From: Octopus bimaculoides
Taxonomy: Eukaryota
Length of the DNA: 64,000 nucleotides
Direction of reading: 5' to 3'
Assembly: GCF_001194135.2 (NCBI RefSeq)
Contig: NC_068993.1
Location: 35,873,880-35,937,879, forward strand
The translations under genes and the position numbers were made by a program. The notes beneath the pieces are model-generated. The model was not told where the DNA came from. It worked only from the letters and a program-made list of their open reading frames with translations, and searched no databases. Positions 1 through 11,870 of the stretch are shown one piece after another (the first letter of the stretch is position 1; every line of letters starts with the position of its first letter).

Positions 1-108
1 GCGTATGTATGTATATGCATGTTTTTATGTATATATATGTATGTATTCATGTATGTATGCATATATATATATATATACATACATACATATAACACACACA
101 CGCATACA

Positions 109-145
<37 letters not shown>

Positions 146-2024
146 NNNNNNNNNNNNNNNNNNNNNNNNNNNNNNNNNNNNNNNNNNNNNNNNNNNNNNN
201 NNNNNNNNNNNNNNNNNNNNNNNNNNNNNNNNNNNNNTATATACATGCATACATATACAATAAGTCTTTAAACATTTCCGTTTACCAAATTCCACTGACG
301 AAAGTTCAATCCGAGGCTGTATTCAACTTATATACGATAAAAACACACTTTCTCGAGACCCTCGCGGATTTGAATCGGTCTCAGAAATAGAAGGTTACGA
401 TGCAAAATTCTTAAATCTAAATCAAATCAATCTTTCACCCATAAATGCAAGCCCTACTCTATCTAATGTGTATGTAAACATATTTATATTAATTGATTAC
501 TGCATACTTCACGTCTCATTTAATGTAATTTATAAAATGGACTAAACTGATGGTCAATCGATAACTTGCAGAACGTTTAATATGAAACCCTACGGATGAA
601 TGCAGTTCAAGGGTGAACGAGCTGTAGCTCATTTAAGATCGTTATGATAACTTTATATGTTTGAATATTCATCTTTATTAGCTAAGCTCTCACTTGTCGT
701 TGAATCTTTCCTTACTATCAGTAACACATCTTTATACACACACATGTTCACCTACGGTCATTACTAGCTAGATTTAACCTGCAAATCACGCCATTTTACG
801 ATTCGGTGACGATCCAGTGTAGGGTTACTCAACCTGGTAGAAATAACAGCTAAATGTCGCTTAAATCAAACGCTAGAGTCCTAAGAATGGAAGTTACAAT
901 TTATGAGGAGACAAGTATCAGTTGAAAGGACAATATGGTATTTATGTGTGTTTGTGTGTTTGTGTGTATGTGTGTGTGTGTGTGCGTGTGTGTGTGTACG
1001 TGTAAGTCTGTGTTTATGATTACACCAATCAGAATCTGGTGTTGTTATTTATGTTCTGCCGCTTTAACTGCTATAACTTAGCTTTTCGAGAAATAGAGAA
1101 TGGCCAAATAAGTGTCAGGCTAAAGTGTTGGAATCAATGTGATTTACTAAAATCTTTGATAGTGGTGCCTCAGTATGGCCAGTAACTAATATCTAAAACC
1201 CGTTTATAGAATAAAATGAACATATGATATCTCGATATCTCGAAATTCAGAGTTTGACTTTCTTGATCAACATTAAATTCAGCCTTCTAGAAACCGACTA
1301 ATCGCTAAGTGATAGTTAAATATCGCCACTAATTTATAGATGCTTAATTAATATCTGTCTTTATGCTTCATTTAGTTAATAGCCATGGAGAAAAACTCAT
1401 GAAACACCAATTGATTCAAAAACTACAAATAAATTTGTAATATTAAATAAAAAGCAATTTATTAATGACTTCGAATAAAGCCATTCCTGCATACGAGATG
1501 TTATATTTAGATATATGGAGATTTTCCTTAATATTTCTTAATTTATGTAGAATCCACATTTAAATGAAAGGAATGATTGAGTTATCTTATCGGGAAAAAT
1601 CGAAGATCAATATTAGAAGAGAAATTAGTTTATTATTCCATTACTAATAACTATTAAATTAAGTTTATGTATAGGGTGATGGAGATTTGTCATGGAATGT
1701 TTAGATATATAACAATAATGGTTTCAAAAATTCGACCTTACATCAAGCTCTCCATCTTCATGTTAAAACAACGTGACCTCCAGTTTTTCAACTGGAAATT
1801 TTTCCGTTGCCTTATCTTCATATTATGATTCGACTCAATACATTTTTGAGGCAAGTTGTTTTTGCTGCTGCTGATGATGCAAATACTGTTGTTGTTTACC
1901 TCTAAGTCTGCCCTGTCCGAGAAGACTTTGAGACTTGGGGTGCCTTGAGTCCCTTGATGTCTCTAATTGAGACTTGGGTGCAATTCGTGCAAATTAAAGT
2001 AAAATCAAGACAAATAATAATAAT

Positions 2025-2212
2025 GCTTTCTGATATAGGCACAAAGCTTGAAATTTGAGAAGGGATTACTCGATCATATCCAACCTAGAACTTGATTATT
2101 ACTGTATCCTATCGACTCCAAAAGGAGAAAAGGCAAAGTTGGACGTGATGGAATTTGAACTCAAAACGTAAAGACCGGGAAGAAACGTTAACAATTCTGG
2201 CAGTTGGCTGCT
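2025..2212 (-). mobile_element. tRNA-derived SINE, family A (Octopus OK-like), degenerate copy
   Basis: Shares the family A body (aaaggcaaagt...ggaatttgaactc..aacgtaaa) and the tail ctttc..ataggcacaa with the better copies in the window. Confidence 0.75.
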
Positions 2213-2249
2213 TTAACAAGAACAACATTAACAATAATAGTAATGATAA

Positions 2250-2463
2250 TTCTTTCTACTATAGGCACAAGGCCTGTAATTTGGGGGTGGGGAAAATAGT
2301 CGATTACATCGACCCCAGTATTCAACTGGTACTTATTTCATCGACGCCGAAAGGATGAAAGGCAAAGTCGACTTTGGCACAATTTAAAATCAGAGCGTAA
2401 ATACAAACGAAATGATGCCAGCCATTTTGTCCAGCGTGCTAAGGATTCTGCCTGCTCGGTGCC

Positions 2464-2464
<1 letters not shown>
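2250..2464 (-). mobile_element. tRNA-derived SINE, family A (OK-like), near full length
   Basis: Contains gtcgattacatcgaccccagtattcaactggtacttatttcatcgacgccgaaaggatgaaaggcaaagtcgac. The minus-strand head is aggcaccgagcaggcagaatcc. The same unit recurs more than 10 times in the window. Confidence 0.85.

Positions 2465-2465
<1 letters not shown>

Positions 2466-2545
<80 letters not shown>
2466..2545 (+). repeat. (TAA)n microsatellite 5' of a Dong-like LINE fragment
   Basis: Perfect TAA run seen directly. Confidence 0.98.
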
Positions 2546-2548
<3 letters not shown>

Positions 2549-3148
2549 GCCAATGTACGCTACTAACCCAGAAGCAATATAAGAGACGACACGACAATAT
2601 AGCCAGGCTAGTCCATTGGACACTTTGCAATAAGTATGGACTTGACAGAGTAAAAAATTGGTACGACCAAAACCTGAAGGCATCGTCGAAAATGTAAATG
2701 CAAAGATTCTATGGGACTTTATGATTCAGTGCGACCATGAGATAGAGAATAGGAAGCTGGACATAGTCTTAATTGAGAAAGAAAACAAACTATGCTGGAT
2801 CATAGATATAGCATGCCCAGCTGACAACAGGGTATGCGATAAGGAAGAAAGAGAAGTCGTGAGATATGACAGGTTAGCTTGGGAAGTTAAGCAGTTGTGG
2901 TCGATGAAAAAGGTAGCAGTAGTACTTATAATTGTCGGAGCCCTGGGAACAGTGAGCAAAAACCTCGAGAAGTACGTGGAACAAATAGGGGCTGCAATAA
3001 GGGTGGAGCAGTTGCAGAAAACAGCACTGCTAGGAACCGCTCGAATATTCCGGAAGGTGCTTGAAAATTAAGAGGTGTTACCTTAGTTCACTGGTAGTGA
3101 ACAGGTGACACTGTAATACAGCTCCAGCGTTAGAAGCAGTGCAAAGGC
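2546..3148 (+). mobile_element. 5'-truncated R4/Dong-type non-LTR retrotransposon (RLE endonuclease end plus 3' UTR)
   Basis: Translation gives HDNIARLVHWTLCNKYGL, then ORF 2658-3071 with KILWDF..RKLDIVL..IIDIACPAD..KEEREVVRY..L..IVGALG..LQKTALLGTARI. This is the PD-(D/E)xK restriction-like endonuclease end of R4/Dong ORFs. (TAA)n flanks both sides. Confidence 0.9.
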
Positions 3149-3209
<61 letters not shown>

Positions 3210-4249
3210 GTCAAAACGAAGAGCGCGATTTTAGATGTTTTATTTTTTGAACAACATTTCGACAGAACGTCTGTTTTTCTCAAGTTCAAACCAAAAGGTG
3301 ATTGAAAATTCAAAATTTCAGAAACCAAACGTAAACTATGAACGTGAGTAATCAGCGTCCATACGTTGATAGAATGACATCATCAGCTTTTGTCAGTTTT
3401 TTAATAAGCAGAAAGAAAGAAAGAAAAAGGAAGACGACAGAAAAAGAAAAGATAAAGAGAGAAAGAATATTATTCAATCAAACAGTTTTGTATAAATTTG
3501 ATGATATTCTCCTGTCATCTTATTCATTCCTCCAGGGCGTGATGTCAATAACACGCAAACATATTTCTCCTCATACATTCTGAGAAGTGAAAGTGGGGTG
3601 TATTACTTGGAACTTACTTCTAAGTCGCCAGGCAGTACAAAGCCACGATAGACACAATATCTTCAATCCATAACATCACGATATTTGGTACTGTACGATG
3701 TCTTCAAAAATGAAAATACAAATAATAATAATAACAACTGTCGGGGCTCGTGGAAATTCTGCGATGCAAGGCATCCTATTTGAGTATTTACTTTCCCTTC
3801 AGCCAATTTATGTATCTGTTTACTTTCATAATAACGAGAAGCATTTAACCCTAATAAAAAAAAGTGAATAATGGCAGGGTCCCAGCATGGCCACTGTCTT
3901 TAGTCTAGAACAGCTTTTTCCTAACTAAGGTTATTTCACTTAAATTTAACTGTCAATATCTCTTGTATAGATATACAGATCTATAGATCTTCATGGCATT
4001 GTTTCATTATGTTAAATATCTTGATTGTGCCTGCGAGTTGGACACACAAATGCAGAATAATATAGACATTCTCCTTCTCCCCCACCTTCTGTCTCTTTCT
4101 CTCTCCCTCTCTCAGGTTTTTATTTTTGTATTTTTTCCCTGATTTCTCTATTTCCCCTTTTCCCCCTTGCCTATATATACCTTTCTCAATTCGAGTTATT
4201 ATCTCCCTTGCAATACCATACTAACAAAAGTGACAGACAACAAAACAGA

Positions 4250-4273
4250 AACAACAACAACAACAACAACAGC

Positions 4274-4332
<59 letters not shown>

Positions 4333-4375
4333 CAACAACAACAACAATAACAACAACAACAACAACAACAACAAC

Positions 4376-4412
<37 letters not shown>

Positions 4413-4423
4413 TTAATAATAAT
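4250..4423 (+). repeat. Compound (CAA)n/(TAA)n microsatellite
   Basis: Seen directly. Confidence 0.97.
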
Positions 4424-4740
4424 CTAGGATAATAAAACAGTACCTGTTGCCATAGGTGCCCTTGGAATGATAGCAAAAGGGGCTGATTGCTACCTAACTC
4501 AGATACCAGGTATAATTAAAAAAATATTCAGACAAATACATAACAAAAACACCAGGACTTACAAATATATATAACATATAGAAAATTGCACTACTGGGCA
4601 CTGCACACATCCTACGCAAAACATTTTCAATACAGTAACTATAAAAGCATCACAGCAAACCACAGCACATACCCAAGGCACACAGAGCTGTGCTCGGTAG
4701 TGAAGTGAAAGCACGCTATAAAAATTAAAAACTACTGAAC
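4424..4740 (+). mobile_element. R4/Dong-type LINE 3' fragment (chimeric)
   Basis: KTVPVAIGALGMIAKG is followed by a restart into ..KYITKTPGLTNIYNI*KIALLGTAHILRKTFSIQ*. The 3' UTR ends in (AAT)n. Confidence 0.82.
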
Positions 4741-4795
<55 letters not shown>

Positions 4796-4799
<4 letters not shown>

Positions 4800-5191
4800 C
4801 GCCTTCTAATCGATGCATCAATACCAACAGATGACTGTTTCTCTAAAAGAAATGGAGAAACTATCAAAATGCAAAGATCTGCAAATAGAGATAACTCGAA
4901 TGTGAAGCCTAAAAACAGAAACAATCACTATAATAATAGGTGCATTAGGTATGATTAAAAACATATAGACAAGCACATAACCAAAACACCAGGACTTAAA
5001 ACTATATATAGCATACAGAAAATAGTAGTACAAGGCACTTCACACATCGTACGTAAATCATTTTCAATACAGCAACGCTAAAACAACTCTAAAATAATAA
5101 CTCTAAAAGAAACCACAGCACATACCCAAGGCACACGGAGCTGCGCCCGGTATTGCAGTAAAAGCACGTGGTAAAAATAAGACTACTCAAC
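4796..5191 (+). mobile_element. R4/Dong-type LINE 3' fragment
   Basis: Frameshifted LLIDASIPTD..KEMEKLSKCKDLQIEITRM*SLKTETITIIIGALGMIK. Its 3' UTR (aaaccacagcacatacccaaggcacac.gagctg.gc.cggta) closely matches the one at 4660-4740. Confidence 0.82.
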
Positions 5192-5196
5192 AATAA

Positions 5197-5385
5197 CTCT
5201 TTCTACAACAGGCACAAGACCTGATATATCGACTCCAGTGCTCGACTGGTACTTATTTTATCGACCCCGAAAAGATGAGAGGCAGAGTCGATCCCTGCGG
5301 AATTTGAACTCAGAACGTAAAGATAGACGAAATGCCGCTAACCATTTTGCCCGACGTGCAATCGATTCTGCCACCTCGCGGTCCT
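5197..5385 (-). mobile_element. tRNA-derived SINE, family A (OK-like)
   Basis: Family A body with ggaatttgaactcagaacgtaaag (B-box GAGTTCAAATTCC on the minus strand). Confidence 0.85.
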
Positions 5386-5391
5386 AATAGC

Positions 5392-5542
<151 letters not shown>

Positions 5543-6357
5543 AATGTAATTTATGGAAAATGCAAATAATGTTATGTAAATTATGCTGATTGGTGTGCCT
5601 ATATGTGATGATATATTCATTCATGTGTATGCATCTGCTTTCGAATTGCTAATGTACTTTTTACAGTGCAATTATGTTAATGTTCTAACATCTGTATCTT
5701 AATTTAGAATAGAAAGTTTCAAATATTTATTAAAAGTTATCTCTGCTGAATTGGCAAGATAATTTCATTTTGATTAGAAGCAAAAAATCTTGCACGTCGA
5801 TCTATAGAAAGACAAAAGATGAAAGAAGTGGCATTTATTTTTAAAATTATTAAGTAGAATTGAAGGGACGAAAGGAAGAATTAGATCAAAAGAAGAAGAA
5901 AAAACATCGTTTCTGTTAGACGCTGATGTGAATCTATTGACTTTGATATTTCCAATGAATACTGACCTGGTTTTTCAGAAAGATATAAGTGATTGGTTTG
6001 TGGAAAACATAAAATGCTTCAATACTAACTTGATTTGAATTTTAAAACAAAAATTAATAATTATTCATTTAATTCAAGAATAGAGCAAACTAAAATCAAA
6101 CGAAAACTATTAAATAGCGAAAACAGTTTTGGTTTCTATGTGAATATATTTTTCATCAAGCGACTGGACCTTTTGATCGGACGGGAAGCGGTTCTTTGAA
6201 CACCGTTATGGCTCAAAGTTGCTAGTCATGAGAGGTTGAGCTTATATAACTCCTCGTTGGGTCATTAATTAAAAACGGTGCGTGATAAGAAGCGTTTCCG
6301 TCATCATCAGCGTAGAAGAAACGTCAGTCACTCCTCCCTCAAATAACTCCTTACCAT

Positions 6358-6890
6358 GCTTTTATTCTTTCACTTGTTTCATTTACTCGATTGTGACTGT
6401 ACTGGAGCACCGCCATGAAAACGAAAAAAATCGACCCTACAACATGTTTAACTTATTATCTAAGTTTCTGTTTAATGGAAAGCCTTATTTACGACGACGT
6501 AAACTAACAACACTTGTTGTCAAGCAGTTGAAAGACAGATACAAAAGCAACGCGTACACACACATATGCATATAACATGCTTCTTCACAGTTTCTTATTT
6601 CTTTATTGCTCACAAGGGGCTAAACATAGAGGGTACAAACAAGGACAGACAAAGGGGTTAAGTCGATTATATCGACCCCAGTGCGTAACTGGTACTTAAT
6701 TTATCGACCCCGAAAGGATGAAAGGCAAAGTCGACTTCGGCGGAATTTGAACTCAGAATATAACGGCAGACGAAATACTGCTAAGCATTTCGCCCGGCGT
6801 GCTATCGTTTCTGCCAGCTCGCCGCCTTCTTTCAGTTTCTGCCTACCAAATTCACTCATAAGGTATTGGTCGCGTCCGAACTATAATAGA
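6358..6890 (-). mobile_element. tRNA-derived SINE, family B (CORE-motif, OR2-like), interrupted by a family A SINE
   Basis: 3' part actggagcaccgcc...gttgtcaagc at 6358-6590. It resumes after 6827 with ttctttcagtttctgcctaccaaattcactcataagg, matching the other family B copies. Confidence 0.75.
6592..6827 (-). mobile_element. tRNA-derived SINE, family A (OK-like), well preserved, variant 3' tail
   Basis: Minus-strand head aggcggcgagctggcagaaacgatagcacgccgggcgaaatgc and B-box ctgagttcaaattccgcc. An imperfect duplication of host sequence, cttctt(ca/t)cagtttc, flanks it. Confidence 0.88.
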
Positions 6891-7371
6891 AGTCACTTTA
6901 TCAGAGCAAACCTGGAATTTCCCAATCAGTAGTGCAAAGNNNNNNNNNNNNNNNNNNNNNNNNNNNNNNNNNNNNNNNNNNNNNNNNNNNNNNNNNNNNN
7001 NNNNNNNNNNNNNNNNNNNNNNNNNNNNNNNNNNNNNNNNNNNNNNNNNNNNNNNNNNNNNNNNNNNNNNNNNNNNNNNNNNNNTATATATATATATATA
7101 TATATATATCAAATCTTGAAACTGAGATTCCTTAGAAGTCAACGATGATCAGCGAGACAGTCATGTATAAATTAATTTTTTTTAACGTAATATACCAATC
7201 CATTGAACCTACGTTTACTCAGACCAATAACAAAAGCACGAGCTAACAAGGTAACCCTCAAATCAGAACTTACCAACTTCAGACATAAGGAAATATCGAA
7301 TATAATGAGATTGAATATTCTGTATAGATAGAAAGACAGAGTGGTAGTGGCCAGAACAGCTTTGGTTTGAG

Positions 7372-7625
7372 ATTCAGTCGGGTAGAGAAACACCGAGGAT
7401 ATGACGAAGATACCGCATTTGGAACACCTCAAGCTTATTCAGGTCTTGTTTGAAGATGGCCCAGGTCACAGTGCTGTCGAGTAGGACGAACAGAACTAGC
7501 AGCTGGAAAAGACGGATCTTGTCCTTAAGATGTTGGGTTCGTTCTCGACACACCATCGAAGGAATGCGACCGCAGAAGTCGCAGACCCGATTCAGCAGTT
7601 TATCTCTGCTGTTGACAAATATTTG
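7372..7625 (-). mobile_element. RTE/L2-like LINE fragment (post-RT region)
   Basis: Minus translation RIGSATSA..KIRLFQLLVLFVLLDSTVTWAIFKQDLNKLEVFQMRYLRHILGVSLPD*ISN resembles the conserved 'LLYGSETW..LE.FQMRCLR.IL..S..D.I.N' block. Confidence 0.75.
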
Positions 7626-8511
7626 GGTTTTTTTTTATTAGAAGCGTCAAAATACAAATAAGAAAATGATTTTTTTGAACGCAGAGTTGCCGTTAGAACC
7701 GCAGAAATACTGAGTAAATTATTCTTACAAGATGGAAAAGTTGTCAACAACCAGCCATGATTGTTTACATTTATACACACATGGTTGTTGTTTAAAGCTA
7801 AGGTATTTAGCGTCTAATCCGACGTTGGAATGTGTCAGCGAGTAGTTTAACTTAAAGGTAAAGCACTCAGTCGGAGTCTATGAGGGNNNNNNNNNNNNNN
7901 NNNNNNNNNNNNNNNNNNNNNNNNNNNNNNNNNNNNNNNNNNNNNNNNNNNNNNNNNNNNNNNNNNNNNNNNNNNNNNNNNNNNNNNNNNNNNNNNNNNN
8001 NNNNNNNNNNNNNNNNNNNNNNNNNNNNNNNNNNNNNNNNNNNNNNNNNNNNNNNNNNNNNNNNNNNNNNNNNNNNNNNNNNNNNNNNNNNNNNNNNNNN
8101 NNNNNNNNNNNNNNNNNNNNNNNNNNNNNNNNNNNNNNNNNNNNNNNNNNNNNNNNNNNNNNNNNNNNNNNNNNNNNNNNNNNNNNNNNNNNNNNNNNNN
8201 NNNNNNNNNNNNNNNNNNNNNNNNNNNNNNNNNNNNNNNNNNNNNNNNNNNNNNNNNNNNNNNNNNNNNNNNNNNNNNNNNNNNNNNNNNNNNNNNNNNN
8301 NNNNNNNNNNNNNNNNNNNNNNNNNNNNNNNNNNNNNNNNNNNNNNNNNNNNNNNNNNNNNNNNNNNNNNNNNNNNNNNNNNNNNNNNNNNNNNNNNNNN
8401 NNNNNNNNNNNNNNNNNNNNNNNNNNNNNNNNNNNNNNNNNNNNNNNNNNNNNNNNNNNNNNNNNNNNNNNNNNNNNNNNNNNNNNNNNNNNNNNNNNNN
8501 NNNNNNNNNNN

Positions 8512-8832
8512 GTGAGTGTTTATTGAGCGAAAACACCAAAAGCTCCACGAGGCTCCGGCAGGGGATGGTGGCAAAACCTGCTGTACTCTTTCACCACAGC
8601 TTTCTCTCACTCTTACTTCCTGTTTCTGTTGTGCCTGTAATTCAAAGGGTCAGCCTTTTCACACTGTGTCATGCTGAATATCTCCGAGAACTACGTTAAG
8701 GGTACACGTGTCTGTGGAATGCTCAGCCAGTTGCACGTTAATTTCACGGGGAGGCTGTTCCGTTGGTCGAAAAAAAAAGATCAACTGGAACCCTCGACGT
8801 CGTAAGCGACGGAATTCCAATAACAACAACAA
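8512..8832 (+). mobile_element. SINE family C, 5' end lost in the N-gap
   Basis: Highly similar to the reverse complement of 35380-35759 (gagaactacgttaagggtacacgtgtctgtgga...tcaactggaaccctcgacgtcgtaagcgacgga) and ends in (AAC)n. Confidence 0.85.
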
Positions 8833-9042
8833 TGGTTAAATCAACATTATCAGATGATTAATTGAAAAGTATCTATACACACAAGAAAAATATAGAACTA
8901 TATACATGATCTTAACTTGTGTGACTCAAATAGGGCGATATTGTCAAGACGTAATCTGCTCTTTGTCTCTTACTTCTCTCTCTCTTATTCTCCACCTGTT
9001 TCTCTCTCTCTGTCAATCCATCATTCTCTCCCTTTTTCTCAA

Positions 9043-9088
<46 letters not shown>

Positions 9089-10044
9089 ATCTATTCCTTT
9101 ACTTATCAGTAAACTATGAAAACACTCTAATTTGCAAATCTAGCTCTTTCAACCTACTGGTACTTGAAATAAGGAAATTTTTCAAAGCTCTATCTGTCAC
9201 GCATTGGCTTGACTTCTAACTCAGCTGAAAAATATAATTGGATAATACAAACTATCTTTCTTGTATGTTCGAAATCGCTTAAACCAGGGAAATACGGGTA
9301 TGATTCACATACCCGCATTTCACTGACAACTACGGATGTTGTAAATTTGAATAATATTGATCCCAAACGTGTAAGAAACTATATGATCTCTTGGAAGGTC
9401 TTTATGCTCCACGTTCCAAATGGTGAACAGGAAATCAAAATGCCACCAATTGTTCATGTGTTTATGTTAATAAGATGTTGTGCGCAGTATGTTTAGATGT
9501 TTAACTTTGTATATGTCTTAAATGGCTCTATATTAATATATCAAGAACTAACCCGGAGTTAACATTTAAATGTTAATACGAAATAGCCGTGTATATATAG
9601 CAAGACTGAACTAAATATTCAACCCCTTTTGGAAAATAATAACATATTGGTTGTGTTGTTTCTGGCAGTCATCGGTAAAAGAAGAGCGGTTTTATAATCA
9701 TATATATCTAATTATGGTAGCACGGTGTTTCATATTTTTTGCAAACAAAAGCAAACGTACTAGAATAAACAGAACTACCAAAAATAAAACATAAGTATAT
9801 ATTGGAAAATAAATGTAAATGTATTAACATTCGAAGTGCTTATTTCTTTTAGAAATGCTTCAATAATAAGTTAAATGCATTCGATGCTATATTTGAATGC
9901 TATATCAAGATCTATGTCAGAATATCACTCGGTAGTTTCATATATTGTCAATTAAGATAAGTGTACGGTTAAATGTACTGAAAATTACATAGACGATACA
10001 AAAACAGATAATAGAATAAATTTGATCGCCTCTATCTGAAGATA

Positions 10045-10680
10045 TTGAGCATATATGGGTGCAGGACGTCACCATTAGTAAACATGACATACGAAAACAA
10101 ATGAGTTCAATACTCAAACAACGAAAGGAACGAATGGAAAGCAGGACAAATAAAACAAAGGACGACACTTCATCAGTTGTCGGCTGTCTATTTACTCCTC
10201 ATTTCGTGCATTGGACCACAATATGAGTCTTCGAATTTAGTTGCTGCCATAAGTGCCAAAATAAAATTTTGGATTTATGGAGGGTCAAAGTTGGCAACAA
10301 AAACAGGACAGTGGAGACATACAAGGAAACCGAATGAAAACAAGCATAGAGGGTCGTTAAGCCAGAACGAGGGTAAAATAGCATATATAGGTACAGGACG
10401 TCACCAACAGTGCTAACAACATGAAATACGTAAACAAAAGAGTTAAATACGTAAACAACGACAGAAAAAATGGAAAACAGGACAAGTAGACACAGAGAAA
10501 CGACCCTTCGTCAGTTATCGGCTTTCTGTCTACCCCTTATTTTGTGCATTCAACGACAATATGATTCTTCAAATATTTTCTTTGAAAAGAGAAAAGATAG
10601 AAGAGAGAGAAAAAAAACGTCCAGCCCTTTGAACGTCCGTGCACCAAAAGAAAGATGGGCGTTGGTCACGTGTGAGTAAC
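10045..10680 (-). mobile_element. Penelope-like element 3' remnant with two tandem copies of a terminal repeat
   Basis: About 190-bp units at 10045-10235 and 10381-10570 share gcatatat.ggt.caggacgtcacca...ggaaa.caggacaa...cttc.tcagtt.tcggct. Minus translation near 10660-10615, HLSFGARTFKGLDV, resembles the GIY-YIG C-terminal 'GTL.P.GLN' motif of PLE ORFs. Confidence 0.55.
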
Positions 10681-11618
10681 GAGAAAGAGAAAAAGGAAAA
10701 GAGGGGAGAGAGAGAGAGACAGATAGAAAATGGTGAAAGAGGCAGGGGAGAAAAAGAGAATTAGAGAAAGTACAGTGCAGAGTAGAGTCGCATCAAAAGG
10801 GTGAAGATAAATTGCAAGATTTAATTTAAGATTTTGACCTTTCTTAACCAAGTAGAACATGTTTCATATAAATTATTACATTTATTCATCTTTATTAATC
10901 TTGAATCAGCCAAACAGTAAATTAGTAATTCGTCCGTTAATAACCAAGCTAATTGTTTACTAACTGTTATACAAAATAAATAATTAAATTTAAATACAAG
11001 CATATTGCTTAATTCTTCCCCACCCCACAAAAAAATGGCATTCCTTTGCTCGATCGCTAAAAATATTAAACCAGATATTCAGTGAATCGGTGAGTGTTCC
11101 GTTCAAAACCTTTAACCAATCAAGCTAATTGCTCGCTAATTGTTCTATAAAATAAATAACTAAAATCTAAATACATGCAAATTGTTGTATTTCTGCCCCA
11201 CCCACATTAAAAGACATTAGTTCACTCTAACGTTAAAAATAATAAACCACGTTCATTTCCTAGGCTATTAGTGCAAGAGCACTAAACCTAAAGTGTTCTT
11301 CACCTCCGTTAAACTTCAATTGATTTCGATTTAGATTTTATTACTTCGATAAATGAATATCAGTGAAATCACATCGAACCGAACAACAACTTGGAGATTA
11401 TAATCACAATATTAAAACTGTACATGTTGTGGTTTATTTATTCGAAACGTGAAATGTTCCATTATACTGAGTACCAAACATGGGAATTACGATAAACTAA
11501 TTATCGTTTTCCCAACAGAGAATTCAAATGTTCCGAAATCAAAAGTGTGAATAATGGTATCCTTTAAATAAACCATATATTAGAATTCAGCTTGCCATAA
11601 CAGAGACGTAGATTTTCA

Positions 11619-11735
11619 ACCACAGAATCAGTCCTGTGTGGTTAAGAGGCTTACTTCGCAAGCATATGGTTTCGGTTTCCCTCTCACTGTGCGGCCCCTT
11701 AGGCAAGTATCTTCTAACCCCGATAGACCTATGCC
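11619..11735 (+). mobile_element. SINE family B head (tRNA-like plus CORE-like motif)
   Basis: ctgtgtggttaagaggcttacttcgcaagcatatggtttcggtt...ccttaggcaagtatcttcta is homologous to 37262-37415. Confidence 0.7.
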
Positions 11736-11870
11736 TTGTTCAGCTGAATGATCGAAGGATCTCTAAGCAGATGCTATATGATGAATTTGTTTGTGGAAAG
11801 CACTCCCAGCAGAAACCAAGACTATGATTTGAAGGTATTTGAAATATGAGAGGTCAATTAGGGAAGCAAT
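11736..11870 (+). mobile_element. RTE-like LINE C-terminal scrap
   Basis: LVQLNDRRISKQMLYDEFVCGKHSQQKPRL*FE resembles the RTE 'RM.D.R.PKQ.LYGEL..GKR..G.P.LR(Y/F)KD' motif. Confidence 0.65.

Noticed and set aside
10165-10185. CTGATGA / CTGACGA on the minus strand here and at about 10505-10520 as hammerheads
   Set aside because: No stem II followed by GAAA downstream on the same strand.
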